Shown here piece by piece: positions 23,503 through 36,769 of a stretch of 64,000 nt of DNA. The notes under the pieces are model-generated. The model was not told the origin of the DNA and searched no databases. It saw only the letters and a program-made list of their open reading frames with translations. Each line of letters opens with the position of its first letter. Within the stretch, counting starts at the first letter, position 1. Origin of the DNA: Pelagomonas calceolata (taxonomy: Eukaryota); contig CAKKNE010000003.1 in NCBI GenBank assembly GCA_918797485.1, positions 3,286,001 to 3,350,000 on the forward strand. The letters are read 5' to 3'. Position numbers and translations under genes: made by a program.

Positions 23503-25359
23503 ATGACTACGCCCGAAAAGTCTCCTACCAGAGATCATCCTGAAGAGTTCCCAAGCTCAAAAAACGAGAAAGCCACCATTGAGCTTGAAAATCAATACGA
23601 GCACAAGCTAGCTCTCGAGCTGGAACGCTTTGACCATCTGTCTGAAGAAATAGAATCCATTCAACAGAGATGCGAAAGCTTATTGCAAGCCCAAACAATA
23701 GAACACGAGGCTGCGATTCGAGATGCAGAAGGACGCACGAAACGCGTCGAAAAGGAGCTGCGCCAACAAATAGAGCGCCTGTACGAAGATGCAAAGCACA
23801 ATGAACATATGTTCCGGGAGGTAAATAGAGAATTGTGATACGGTAGGTATTGACCAGCAGCATTACGGTAGGTTCTTGACCAGCAAGAGCATGAGTACGA
23901 AACAGAGCTTCAACAACTTATGGCTGCTGCTCAAGCAGAGTTGGCTATCGAACGTGAATGTACAGCTGAAGCTAGGGGCCTAATTCAGGCTCGAAATACA
24001 AAAATTTCACGACTTGATAAGCGTCTGGATGCGCTCAAGACTGCCAGTCATGCTCGGAATGTCCTCTTGACAGCCGAGAAAGTACGCAATGCGAAGCTTG
24101 AAGCCACCCTACGACACTTTAAGCGCCACATGGAAGAGCGCGAGTCTACGCTTGAAGACAAAGAACTTTCCATTTTAAATCTTCGGCGAAAAAATGTGAC
24201 TTTGGATAATTTCCGGCTTGTGCTGGATCATCGAGTACAACGACTCGTACAGGAACGAGGGCCTATCACTCGACATGTTGAGGGTCTAGAAGCTCATATT
24301 ACCGCGATGTACGATGAACTAGAAGCAGACTATTACGAGAGGAAGAGGAGGAAGCAACAGCTAAATTCCAAGGACTCAAAAGTAATCTCTTTGGGACAGG
24401 AGACTGCAACCTTACGAGGTTTACTTCGGGAGAGAGATGCGTATATTGCCTCCTTTAAGCGCATGTTGTCCACGCTGGTTGAGGTTACGACACCGAAGGA
24501 CTTGGAAGACGCAGTCAAAAATGCATATTGCAAGTATATAAGAGATGAAGGATCACAACATCGATCGAGTGGCAATTCCTTTGAAGAACATCAGGAATGC
24601 AGACAAGTCTATCCTTATGGTCTGGATAATGCACTAGTTGAGGCGCATTCACAGCGAATTCGTGCTCAGAAAGCCACAGAGATTTCAGAGCATCGTCTTT
24701 GGGTTGAAAGGGGCAATGCCCAGCGGCTGCAGAGGGCCAGACTTGGTATGTCTTTGTTCACATTTTCCTTGCATCAACTCGCGATTAGGCGAAAACTCAC
24801 TCTTAATTGCTGAATGCAGTTCGTTAAGAGGCGAAAGCTTATCACTCGCACGAGATATCAGTCATTTGCGACAAGTAATGAAGGACCACGACGAAAAAAA
24901 GCGTCGCAAGGCACCCCAGTCGCACAAAATGGCGCAACATCATGTCTCCCCCACTCATGGTGAAAGTCATTTCGCGCTCGGCCCTAGTCTAGCGCTGCAG
25001 GCAGCTGATTTACCATTGGAATCATCTGGCAGTCAGGGGTTTCCAAGACGTAAATTCGATAGAGAACCGAAGCCGCCTACTTGGCGACCGACTCAAAAAA
25101 GACTTTATCGAGGATCTACAAGGGCACTAAATCTATTGTCTGATCGCGATGCCCGAATCGTTCAAGTAAGTCATCTTTCTTCACACATTTTGTAACTCAA
25201 AAACCATAGATGGAATCTGCACATGATGCAAACACGAGAGTAATTGAAACTCAAAAAATGGAAATCAAGCAGCTTCGTAAACAGTTGCAAAAGGAGCATG
25301 GTCCAGGGGAGTCTAGAGATGGCCAAAGGTCGACCTCTAAAATCATAAAAATGGTGTAA
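23503..25359 (+). CDS. CFAP57/WDR65-like coiled-coil protein (C-terminal half only, no WD40 region seen); introns 23821-23871, 24746-24788, 25166-25209
   Basis: LENQYEHKLALELERF, KELSILNLRRKNVTLDNFRLVLDHRVQRL..ERGP and GENSLLIAECSSLR resemble CFAP57 C-terminal motifs. Start uncertain. Confidence 0.65.
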
Positions 25360-26037
25360 AAACTGGCTCAACGCCACGACATAAGTACCCGAGTGACCCC
25401 TTTCCACCAGCCCGGTCTCGGGATCAAAATTCGCCCCCGGAAAAGTGGCTGGGAACTCGAATCTTAAATTTTGGGTCCGCGTCCTTGTTTAGACTGGAGT
25501 TCGAGCTAATCTTATCGTTCGCTCCCGGAGATGCGTCCCAGACCAGCGAGTGCCCTTGCCCGTTTTTCAAATAGCAGTCTGTGACCCCAAGTCCGACCCC
25601 CTTCAGGGAGTCAGCTACCGTCACACGTGTTATGACCGACCGGGTTATTAACTCCGAATCCCCTCCGAGGGTTATTAACAGGTTACTTACAACCCGCATT
25701 TACCCGCACCAGCCCGCATCTACCCTGGTGGCGCCAGGGGCTGTTAATTTGCGATGTGGCCATTTCACCGCCGCGATCCCATATCGGCGCAGCTATCGGC
25801 GCTCAGGCAGCAGGCCCTCCGAGAGTCTGGCCGGCCCTCCCCCTAGTATCCCAGCTTCAACTTCCCCCATGTCAACGTCAAGTAAACGTAGTCCTACTTC
25901 TGCTGGGTTCTTCCGGGCTCTTTTGGACGTCCAGTGGCCAAGTAGGTCCAGTGGGGCCGTGTAGCATACTTTCTGATTTCAATGCCCATTTGGGGATTTG
26001 TTTGTTTTGGAAAGCACCCAGCCTCACATACATTTAT

Positions 26038-27803
26038 TTAGCTTAGCGCACCGGAGGCTGTGCTAGAGACAAGGAAAGTGGACATACCACCGGAGGTACA
26101 CATCTTGAGTATCTTCGCCTCCGAGGATGGATTGTACGTGTCTCCAAGATCACATTGTGTTGGCTCGTCAACGATGTCGGTTTTATTATTGACGTGACCT
26201 AGCGCTTGACCATATGCATTATAGCCCCAGCCGCGTACCATGCCATTTCTGAGCAGAAGAATTCCATGAGCTTCGCCAACAGTACCGAAATTTACTTCAG
26301 TGCCCAACAGCTGCTTGGCAGCGCCTGCGAGCACTCGTGATGTTGCGACACCAGAAAACTTGCATTCTGAGGCTTCGTTTGTACAATGCGCTGTTTCAGT
26401 CTGGAGCGGATCAGAAACTGATATCTCTGGGTCTTTTGAGCCTATTAAACTGCCCCAAAAGTAAGAGCAGTGGCTCTCTGTTGTGCAGAGTGTTGAGTAG
26501 CGACCGCATGCAACTGATGCACAATGTTCGTGCTCCATAGAAGTCACTCCCTGGGGCCTGCCAAAACATTTTCGCAGAACATGGCCTAGCTGCCCCTCGC
26601 TATTACTGCCCCAGGCAAAAAGCTTCCCGTCCCTGAGGGCAGCGGCTGTGTGTAAGCCACCGCAGCTGAGCGCAGATATGGGATTAATTGTTGAGAGGCC
26701 TGGCAGTTTTACCTCTCGCGGCTTTTGCTGACCATGGTGATATGCCTCGTTTTGACCCCAGCCAAGCTGCCAATGTTCATTGTAACCCCAAGAGAAGAGC
26801 TTGCCGCTCGCCATAGCACAGGCAACGTGGGATTCACCAGCGGCAACAGCCAGAATCTTTTCACCTTTTATGCCCTTGTCTCCTTGTTTGTCGTAACCAT
26901 TTGCCCATGTTTCCGTGAATAGCCCCGGCCAGTTTGATGATTGATACCGGCCCCATGACCAAAGCTCACCCTTGTCATCGATAGCAACGGTGAAGTATGA
27001 ACCACAGACAACTTTGCAAAGTCGAACTTCGCGACTCATCTTGCAAAGCACTGGCTCTGCTGATTTGATTTCATTGCCTGTGCCCAACTGTCCAAAATTA
27101 TTGTTTCCCCAGGCTAATGCGGCACCACATTCAAGAGCAACTGCTGTGTGTAGCCAGCCACAATCGACAGAGACGACTCGCGCTTGAAAGACAGAGTTAA
27201 TGAGCCGGGGTTTGATTATCTCTGTTGATTGTAGGGAATCATATCCCCATTGAATGACAGCGTTTGGCGGTTCTTTTTCTCTGTCATTACCCAACATCAC
27301 ATGTAGCACACCATCACATTGCACATATAGAGACAGCTCATCATCGTCTGCCACTAATGTCCCAAATGCGTCCACCAAATATGTAGATTCCATCTGAAGT
27401 GGTGTTTGCGGATGAATCTCGGCATAGCGTTTGAGGAAAGCCTCCTTGACTAAGCGTGGTCTCGACCTACGGCAAAACTAAGAAAAGAAGCGTTTACGTC
27501 GTCGAGGGACAAAGGAAAGAACAGGCCGTTACCCCAGGAGTCATCGCGCGGGCATTTGATGCGTACTGAATGCGGCAGCCGGCGAGAGGCACGGTCGCCA
27601 TGGAATACGACAAAAAATTTAAGCCGACGTTTGCGCTGCTTGCCCAAGTGCGGGCTAAGTGCCGCTTTGTGTCTGCCGCTGTCCAACACCTGAAGTTCGG
27701 GCTCGTCATCAGATTCGCTACCGAGCTGATTCTCTGATCTCGTGACGCGAATCATAATCAGAGATTTGCAAATCAGTGATCCGTTTCTAATCACTACGTC
27801 CAT
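26038..27803 (-). CDS. RCC1/BLIP-II repeat protein; 5' exon structure (about 27394-27803) uncertain
   Basis: Repeated CG..HT...G....WG.N..GQLG units (VDCGWLHT, WGNNNFGQLG, SCGGLHT, WGSNSEGQLG). The frame stays open upstream of 27393 to about 27450. Confidence 0.8.
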
Positions 27804-29004
27804 ACATTAAAAAAGTAGGCTGCTGTATTTTATTTGCTACCAGGTCCGTTTCGATGCCCAAGGCCGCCCGGAGGGCTGCATAGGAAGGGGGGGGATATAT
27901 TCTGTGGGCCCCACCCCGACCTCCCCCCATCCGAGCAATCCCCTCGTTTTCGTGGCCAACGCGGCGGCGTTGCCGCGGCCATGGCGGCGCCCGCGGGTTG
28001 GCCCTGGAAGGCCCCAGGGCACGAACCCGCGCGGCTTGAGCATACCTTGGCTCGCTTGTGTCGACTCCTTTGCCTAAAGTACTGTTTAGCCCGTATAACA
28101 GTGGTTTTCATGTAAACGGGTTTTGTGCGCTTCAAAAATAACCCAGCAGCGGAGTCCGTTGGAGACGCTGTCTGCGGGAGAAGAAAGTTCAGTAAAATTT
28201 ATATCGATCATACAGAGGGTTCTAGGAAGACTAATAATAGCGGCTGGGAGAGCTACGCCCGGGCCGGGCCGATTCCCGCCGAATTTCCTGGACATCCTAT
28301 TTTTTATGTCTGGAGAGGTATATACGCTCCTCAGGTTGGAGATCAGTCGGAAACCTGGACTTGCGGACTCGCAAAGCCGGAAGACGGGTTGAGCCTGAGT
28401 AGTATAAAGAATTTAAAAAAGCAAAACCAGCGCATTTTTATCGACCGGGCTTTAATCGACCGGGTCCCCGATCCCACACTTTCCCCCTAAAACGCCGAAA
28501 TTTTTTACTCAGCCCCGCCCTTTCGGTGCCAACTTGGCTAGCCGCCGCGATTTCCGCCGAGGCGCCACGTGTGAGAGAGAAAACACGAGTCTGCCACCAT
28601 ATCCGGCTTTACGAGCACCTCATACGCCCCGTGTGAACGATTTCTCTACTGGATGCGACCGCCAGAGTGACTTGGCTCCGAGCGCAGCGCGCCGCGAAAG
28701 CGTCGCCCGCCAGGAGTTTCGGCGCGCGCGGGCCGTTTCCGGTGATCTCGGCGACTCTGTCTATTCGTAATATCGCTTCCGCAACCACGTGCAGGCGGAC
28801 ATGGGCCCACGTGTGCGAGGCGTGCCGCACGCCGCCGACGCGCGCCACGGCCACTTCGACCTTGATGGCAAACGCGCTAGCGGCCGTCTGTTGTCTCTTA
28901 CGCGTCCCGGAAATCTCCCGCGGCCCGCTGGTACAAGCTGGTAAGAGTACCGTGGTAAGTCGTAGAGACCCCCCCCCTCGATCCCTCCCCCCTCGAGCGC
29001 GACG

Positions 29005-30419
29005 ATGGACAGGGTATCTCGTTTTTTTGGAAACCTCCCCGGTTTGGGAGGCGGCGCGGCTCCGGCTGACGCACCACTCGTGGATACAGCTGAAAAAGTT
29101 CAGATTTCCTCTCTAGCGCTACTAAAAATGCTTAAGCATGGTACGTGCATGCTCAAGGATCCTCGCACATTTGTCCAGGTCGAGCTGGTGTACCCATGGA
29201 AGTAATGGGTTTGATGTTAGGACAATTTATCGACGATTACACTATAAATTGCGTTGATGTAACTGTACCTCCTTTCGCACGTGATGGCCATGTGTTATGT
29301 CGTCTTAGGTGTTTGCGATGCCACAGTCGGGGACGGGCGTGAGCGTATTCAGTCTGCGTGTATGTGCCTACATAGTGTGTTTTGAAGCTGCATTGCAGGT
29401 TGAAGCTGTAGACCCAGTTTTTCAAACAAAAATGCTCGAGATGCTCAAGCAAACTGGGCGACCAGAGATGGTCGTCGGTGCGCTCCTCTTGACCCCATGT
29501 GCTGCGGCAGCTAAAGTACTATGTTCTTAGGTTGGTATCACTCTCATCCCGGTTTTGGGTGCTGGATGTCGGGTAATCTTTATGATTTTATTTAGACAAA
29601 AGGCACAATTGCAGGTGTTGATATAAACACTCAGCAATCCTTTGAGGCCCTCAATCAGAGAGCTGTCGCCGTAGTCATTGACCCGGTGCAGAGCGTCCTT
29701 ACTTGCGTCTGTGATCTAGTAATTTTGCGCTCTCAAATTCGGTTTGCTGATTCTAGGTGAAAGGCAAAGTGGTGATTGACTGTTTTCGTCTCATCAACCC
29801 GCAACTTATGATGCTAGGCGACAGTCAGCGCCTTATACAATGACTAGATTTATTCTTCAATCAGGGCAAGAGCCGCGACAAACTACCTCCAATGTGGGGC
29901 ACCTGAAGAAGCCTTCAATCCAAGCTCTCATCCATGGCCTAAATAGACATTACTATTCAATGGTATCTACAAGTTAATGGTACTGTATGCATTTGCGTGA
30001 GCAGGTAATTGATTACCGTAAAAATGAACTGGAAGAACAGATGCTTACAAACCTATACAAAAAAACGCGAGTTTTCCAACGGCCCACCTGCTGCTTACCT
30101 TCTTGATTCTTAGGTGGGTCGCGGGCCTAATTACTCTCGACTTTGCTTGCCATACACTGGCAAACCACGAGATAATTGCTAATATGGCGAGGCATTCTGA
30201 AAATTATAACCTTCGAGTCAGAGACGAGGAAGGCAGGACGGTCGAGGAACTGCTAGTAGCCAACGTTGGAAAAGTGGATCCCAAGCGCCATCTTGTAAGT
30301 AATGTGGATACGCACATGTGTGAGGTTTACCCTGAACCTAGGAACATGGCGTCGATGAAGTGATGGCAGCAAACATCATGCAGGTGCTTGGAATTATGCT
30401 CAAGACGCTTGTGTTCTGA
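29005..30419 (+). CDS. RPN11: 26S proteasome lid deubiquitinase RPN11/PSMD14; 10 introns: 29141-29178, 29259-29308, 29345-29398, 29478-29530, 29573-29614, 29695-29756, 29818-29864 (GC), 29963-30004, 30067-30113 (GC), 30295-30341
   Basis: Manual splicing restores [34 protein letters not shown]...[21 protein letters not shown]...[25 protein letters not shown] (JAMM motif)...[10 protein letters not shown]...LVF*. Confidence 0.96.
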
Positions 30420-30702
30420 TGAAGGTTGCAGTCAGCACTGCTGTAGCATCCTGTTTCGCCGCGTTGGTCCAAAAGCGGAGTTCTTGGACCAAGGGATTGC
30501 AAAAAGAATAAGTGCAGAGCCACCCCACCGGCAACCCCCCGGCGGCGAACCCGCCGCCACAAGAGGGGTCTGAAAAATGTGCCTGAAAAGTGGCCACGGT
30601 CACTTTCACGGCCTGATCCCCCCCTTATCTTCATAACTATCCCAGCGTTTTGGCCGGTCGCAGTTTTCTGTCGCAGTCTGAAGGGGGGGGGGACTCCAGA
30701 TA

Positions 30703-31219
30703 CGGGGCCGGCACCCCATTGTGACCCCAATTGGTGAGATTTTCAATTGATAGCCTAAAAGCGGGGATTTGTCCCAGGGGGCATCCCCCAGGGGCATCAT
30801 AATCACACGGCGACACTAGCTTGCCACGGAGGTGCCCCCATCGAGATGGAGTGAGGTCCCCAAAATGGCCTAACGTGCGAGGTTTAGCCTAACTCGCGGG
30901 TTTTCAGGGGTGAAAATCAAAACTCGCTACTATGCTGGTGGTTCCCCCCTCGAAGGCCCCCTTGGTATCCGTGGCGTCGGTAGGATGCGCAACCACCGCA
31001 TCCTTTGGTGTATGGTTGCACAAAAGGTCACCTGACGCGGCACGAAACGCCACTGGTGCGACGTTCGCGTGGGGGCCCTTCCGCCCCCTCGATTTTTCAG
31101 GGCCCCGTACTCCGCCAGAATGTGAGGCACCCCCTGAGGATCATTCGCAGCTAGTTTTCGCTTATAGGCTATTAATGGGGAGGCGCTACAGTAGCCGAAT
31201 TAGTCGAGTGCCGGCCCCT
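30703..31219 (+). mobile_element. MITE family D/E (TA|CGGGG...CCCCG|TA-type ends)
   Basis: TIR CGGGGCCGGCAC / GTGCCGGCCCC. The core CCTGACGCGGCACGAAACGCCACTGG..CGACGTTCGCG is shared with 52835-53130 (which ends CCGGCCCCG|TA) and 18330-18700. Confidence 0.75.
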
Positions 31220-31562
31220 TCTCCAGATGGGAGCTCAGATCATGAGTCAGATGGGCCGACTAGCTGGTCGACTCGGAACGGACCACCCGGGCTGTGACCA
31301 TCAGGACTTGCAATCCGAGTCGTGGTCCACCAGTCAGCGTGGCTGCCAGTGGGCGGAAGTAACTTGCCAGTGGCCCTACTAGTAGGCTATTAATGGGGAG
31401 GCACTACCGCGATAAGTTCTGCAGTCGAGTCATGGCCAGCCCCCTGTCAGCTGCTTGACACGGGGGCATCATGGCCAGCCCCCTGTCGACGGGTCAAGGG
31501 CTCCAGAAGGTCGGTTGACCCTGCACATCACCAACTTACTATATTGATGCTTCTCTCGCAAG

Positions 31563-34500
31563 TCAATCAATATCAAACCCAGTAGCTTCCATTTGAATTG
31601 CCATGGTTAAAAATTTGGTAAGTTTCTTCTTTGATTCATACAAAGGTAGATCTATTCGATTGAAGCAGGTATGTGCTTTTGGGAACACAGAGACAGCTTC
31701 TGGAATTGAATTGATTGTAAATTTTCGAATATTATTATCATTGCCTTGAAGAGCGCAGAAGCCTTGAGCTGGGACCTATCAAACGTTTGGTTAAGAGGCG
31801 CAATTTGGCAATTTCAGCTAGCACACGGTACTTGACTCCAGAAGTCCCCGTGACAAATTGAAGGAGCCTGGCTTTGTGCTCCTCATCAAATTCATCAACA
31901 ACGACCTATGGTGAATCATACACAAACAAACAAAGAGGCATTGGAAAACGCACCTCCCAGAACCACTTGACCACTTTATTTGATGCACCTTTGCGTTCAT
32001 AATCACCCGTGTACCTAACATCACAGTATCGTACATAGCTTATGGATAAATTGGTAACACTAGAAATTGCTCAGTGTTTCGTTTCCAGTCTTCAATATCT
32101 ATTTCAGGGAGTCCACATAGTAGAAGCTCAAGCTCCTGGAAATCAAATACAGAAAGAAGAGCCTACACATCAAATATGCAGATGTGACTCGGAAGCTCAA
32201 AAGAAACCTCAGGAATGACGTCATAAAAACCAACCAAGAGGGCCTTTATCTGCTCCTTTACTCTTTCTAACAGCCGGTAGCGCATTTGAAGCTGGATGTA
32301 TTCATCTACGTTTTTGTTAGTAACCATGCAGTTAGCACCATCGGACTTCAGTTCTATTGTTTGCGCAGTACCCCAGTGGTCTTCGGTCACCGTGAAATCA
32401 AGGCAGCAAACCTATAAACGTCAATCTCAGAGAGATCCGCACATTTACATCTTCAATGAAACCTCAACATCCTCTAGATCCTTTAACTTGCACAAATTAG
32501 CATAGGTGTCTGCGTCAAGCTGTTCCAAGTCCGCCACCGTTACAGGCCAGCCCAGGATATGTTTGTACCTGAGAAATTAGCACATAGCCAAGGAGAATGT
32601 TCAGAAAAGTAGAGCAAACACCGAGACTTTATACAAGGGACGTACAAGATGACCAGCCACTATTTGGCGATCAAAGAGTGCCTTGCCGAGTAGCCTTCCA
32701 GTGAAATGAAAGTAGCGGAGATGTTCGTCATTTGCAACGCCCGACGAAGGATTGATCTGCATGCACATCTGATTTATTGAGCTGTACGACCACAGGGCAA
32801 AATCAGGATTGAACAGCAGGGCAGAGACCAGCCTAGACGAAGTAATAATATATGGATAAAACGCTCCTAGAATTGTGACACAGACTAATGACTGAAACCA
32901 CTCCCTAGCAACACCACCCGCATCTACACCTGCACATGAGCGAGATCACAGGTCCGATGCACCACCCCCCGGGAGAAAATAACCCCGCCAGTGCCTGGTT
33001 CTGAAATAAATTCAAAGCGAAATATCTTGCGCATGTCTCCTTGGGTAATTGATTCTGTCGCTTCCATTGAGTCTTGTAGCAAGTTTTCACGCCGCACATT
33101 GATCTTTATGTGCCCGTCTTCCCAAGGCACTTGAATTTTTGCAATCTGCTGGCGAAACCAGGCTTCTTTGTGCTGAAATGGCATCGCTGCGTACCTTGAG
33201 AGTTCTTGGGCAAGGGACGTGCCGTTGTTGATCGCAGGAACGACAGTAGACAGAGAGGCTTCCTTCGCGGGGACAAGTTGAAGTGAATGGTCAACTTTTG
33301 ATTTTGACGAGACTGTAGCAGAGGACCGGAGCTCTCTTACGAAAGCAATTCGTTCAAATGCCCAGGTAAGGTCTCTACTATCTTTTAGCTGCCCATCAAC
33401 TTCACCCTCGCTTCGAATCCAATGAAAAGTCAGGTCTGTAGATAAGCAACGGACCCAGCCATCCTTTTGATAATTGAGCTTAATCGATTGTATTTCGTCA
33501 GAGCTTAACTTGATCGGCAATTGAAACCTTATCTTCTGCCCCGGTCTTGCGTTTGCCGGGCAGGTGACCATAACACGTTGCCCATTTGCAATGAGTGCGA
33601 ATGCCTGGCCTGATCGCACGCCCTAGGATGAACTTGTTTTTCCTTGAACTTCAATGGCAATTATGCGCAGTTACTCGCTTGGGGCACATTTACCTCAAAC
33701 ATCTGATTGCCAAAGGGGCTTCGCATATGGCTATTAACCCGTGCATTTTCGCTCCCACTCGAAGAGCTGGAGGGGTCCATTTCTTGAGGTGTGCTTAGAC
33801 TTGTGCCTGTGAGACTAAACTATTAGTACATCACTTATCAGCATGACCAGCGAATTATTATCGGAAGATCTGGTGTGCGTACCTCTGCGAGAGGTTGGAA
33901 CCATGATACGAACCTGAGATCGCTTTTAGTTATGTTGAGTTTTTTAGTGCATGACACCTGCATGCCTGGTCGGACACCTATAGTGGTGCTTAAAACAAGT
34001 AAGCCTACACAAAAAATGCGCTGCCTACGCGCCAGGAGGACATGTAACCATCAGCTGTTGATTATTCACTAGTACTGGAAATTGCTCTCCACTTCGGACA
34101 CCATGTGGAACCTTAAAATTGCAGACATGAGTAAAAACTAGCTGTGAACACTGCGAGCAACGGTTGCCATGTAGGCTTGTGTGCCCTGGGAATTTCTTGG
34201 AGCAGAGACAACTATGCGTTCACCTATTTGCCTCCCACCTTCAAGGCATCAAAAGGTAGGCGAGTTTGATAACCTGGACGAATGCCGGGTGGACATCGGA
34301 CCATAAGTTGCTGTCCATTGGCAATCACCTGAAAACTAGTTGGAGATAGGGCAATATGTAAAATCAAGTACAGGGAATTCTTGTCCTGGTCGAATGCCGG
34401 CAGGAACTGTCACATAAAACCTATTGTTGATGGGTGCTTCATTCGTTACAATAAAAAGATAAGACAGGAAGAATACTGGGCTTGTCTCCTTTGAGATCCC

Positions 34501-34687
34501 GGTACAGAGTAAGCGCCTATGATGAAGTACTGTATTTTGTTATTTTTTACGGCCGGTCTTTCCCACCGGGGGGCGGCACGCTAGCTGTTGATAGTTGATT
34601 AGGAGGACGTGAGCTGGCGTTAAGCGAACTGGCCCGTGCTTCCCGGCCTCGTGATTCCCTGGAATTGGTAGAAGATTCATTGCCCAT
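31563..34687 (-). CDS. HECT-domain E3 ubiquitin ligase (NEDD4-like HECT) with N-terminal V.VP.G.RPGQ repeats; many short introns
   Basis: [39 protein letters not shown] and catalytic [13 protein letters not shown]. Putative start MGNESS at 34687 is an N-myristoylation-type motif. Not all exon boundaries resolved. Confidence 0.88.
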
Positions 34688-34814
34688 GCTGTCCTGCTGA
34701 ACTGAACAAGAAGCGCAGCACTTACACTAGTACCGTAGGAGGTACCGTAGGTACCTGCGTACCGTACACTCATACACTCATCTGCGGTGCCTGTTCTACG
34801 GTGTTGCCAGGCAG

Positions 34815-36070
34815 ATGTGCGACACCGCGCGATACGCACGGCAGATGCTAGTTCTCGGGCCGTTAGCTCAGGAAACGATTCGAGAATCATCGGCTCTTGT
34901 TGTTGGGGCAGGTGCGCTTGGGTGCAGCTGTCTACCATACCTCGTCGGCGCGGGTGTGGGCAAAGTCACAGTCTGCGATGGCGACAGAGTAGAAGCTAGT
35001 AACCTTCATAGGCAGGTCTTGTTCGCTGAGTGCGACATAGGGAGGAATAAAGCAGAAGCTGCGGCAAGCCGGCTTCAAGCGATGAATTCAGATGTGGCCC
35101 TGGTAGCCGTCCCACGGCATTGCATGTATGATGAATGCACATCAGATCTAGTAGAGAAGCATAGCATCGTCGTGGATTGTAGCGATAACATAGGGACGCG
35201 TTACCTTTTGAATGACGCGTGTTTCTTAGCAGGTAAGCCGCTTATTAGCGCCGCTGCGCTCGGAATTGAGGGTTCGCTGACGCGCTGGGGCAAAACGGGC
35301 GGGCCTTGCTATAGATGCGTGATTCCTCGGCCGTCATCGCTTGAGGCACGACGGAGATGTGCCGATCAGGGTGTTCTCGGACCAGTACCTGGCGTTCTTG
35401 GTGCGCTTCAGGCTTTAGATGTCCTCCGTTACCTTTCAAAACTTGACGGTATGATAAATAAAATGCATATTTTCGATGGCACGGGTCTAAAAGCATTTGG
35501 GTTGCCTCCCCGGAGGCCAACTTGTGTGCTCTGTGGAGAGGCCCAAACAATCGAATCTCTCCAGGACTCAAAACAATGGGCCCTCGGCCAGGGACTTTAT
35601 GCAGATTTTGATGCTACTCTGTGAATTCTAGCGGCGTCCTGCAAGAGCTTGCTGTTGACTAATTAATAACTCTGCTCAGGTGTAGTTTCGGCAATCCCCT
35701 TCCGTCTGAACCGGTCTCACTTCCTTTTGCGAATGAAATCACCGTAATTGACTTGAAAAAAATCATCGACACAGCAGCTTCTCTCACTCTCGTTGACGTC
35801 CGTGATCCCACTCAATTCGCTATGTGCAAACTTCAATCTTCCCTCTCTCTCCCCCTTCGTCAGATTCTCGAGGCCCCTGACTCTGCCTCTTCATTCCTAC
35901 GCGCAAAGACCGCACTCGATTCTCCTATTTATGTTCTTTGCCGTCGTGGGGCTGACTCTCGGGTCGCTACTGCAGAGCTCCTGAAGCTTGGCTATTCAAA
36001 GGCATGCAACGTCATAGGCGGCCTTGATGCTTGGCGCCGCAGCATCGATCCTGAGTTTCCGTCATATTGA
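34815..36070 (+). CDS. MOCS3: Adenylyltransferase/sulfurtransferase MOCS3/UBA4 (ThiF + rhodanese); intron 35621-35679
   Basis: RYARQ, VVGAGALG, SNLHRQ, DCSDN..TRYLLND, PCYRC, GVLGPVPG, then rhodanese LVDVR...VLCRRG.DS...GGLDAW...DPEFPSY. Confidence 0.92.
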
Positions 36071-36769
36071 TCAACTTTTAATCCTGTGCAAGGTAGGCCA
36101 AGGAAACGTAAGACTCTACTAAGAGTGAGTTTGTGGAAGTCTGAGGGGGTCCTGGGCATCTTCCAACGGCAAGCTAAGGAGCGGACTACGGTGACTGCTC
36201 GCCGCGATCCAGATATAACCGCTCCCTTAGCTGATTGCGGCGCTTCCGAAAATATAACCGCACAAGGGAGTCTGTTATTGTTGTAGCTAGCCCGGACCAC
36301 TCCTGTCGGCACCGCCTCGTGGGTCTTGCCTCTCCCAAGTATCTCAGCTTCAACTTCTCCCAACTTGGCAATGTCGTGGCGTGGCTGATACTGGTAGTCA
36401 TGCGCGGTAGTGCGGGTAGACCACGGATCCTCCCAGGTCAGACTTTCGACTGCCACCCGGCGTGCAGCGTTTTGGTGCGTTTTAGGCGCGGAGGGCAGCT
36501 TTCGGACGCAAAGCGGCGGCTCATTGCTAAGTGCAAAAAAAAAAATAACTTGATGCGACGTAGCAGGCGTCCGAAACCGAACTCTTCACTGTCACGTTCC
36601 GCCACGAAGACTCAATAACGTCCCCCCAAAAACCCGCAATCGGCGAAAGCTCCCCGGCAGAGGAGGAAAAAGGTAGTATGAGCTACTCCACCGTGACGGT
36701 TACCTGCCCTCAGATGTGAGAGACGTACACCTGTCTTGCTACTTCTGCTTCTAGGTACGTCCCACTGGG

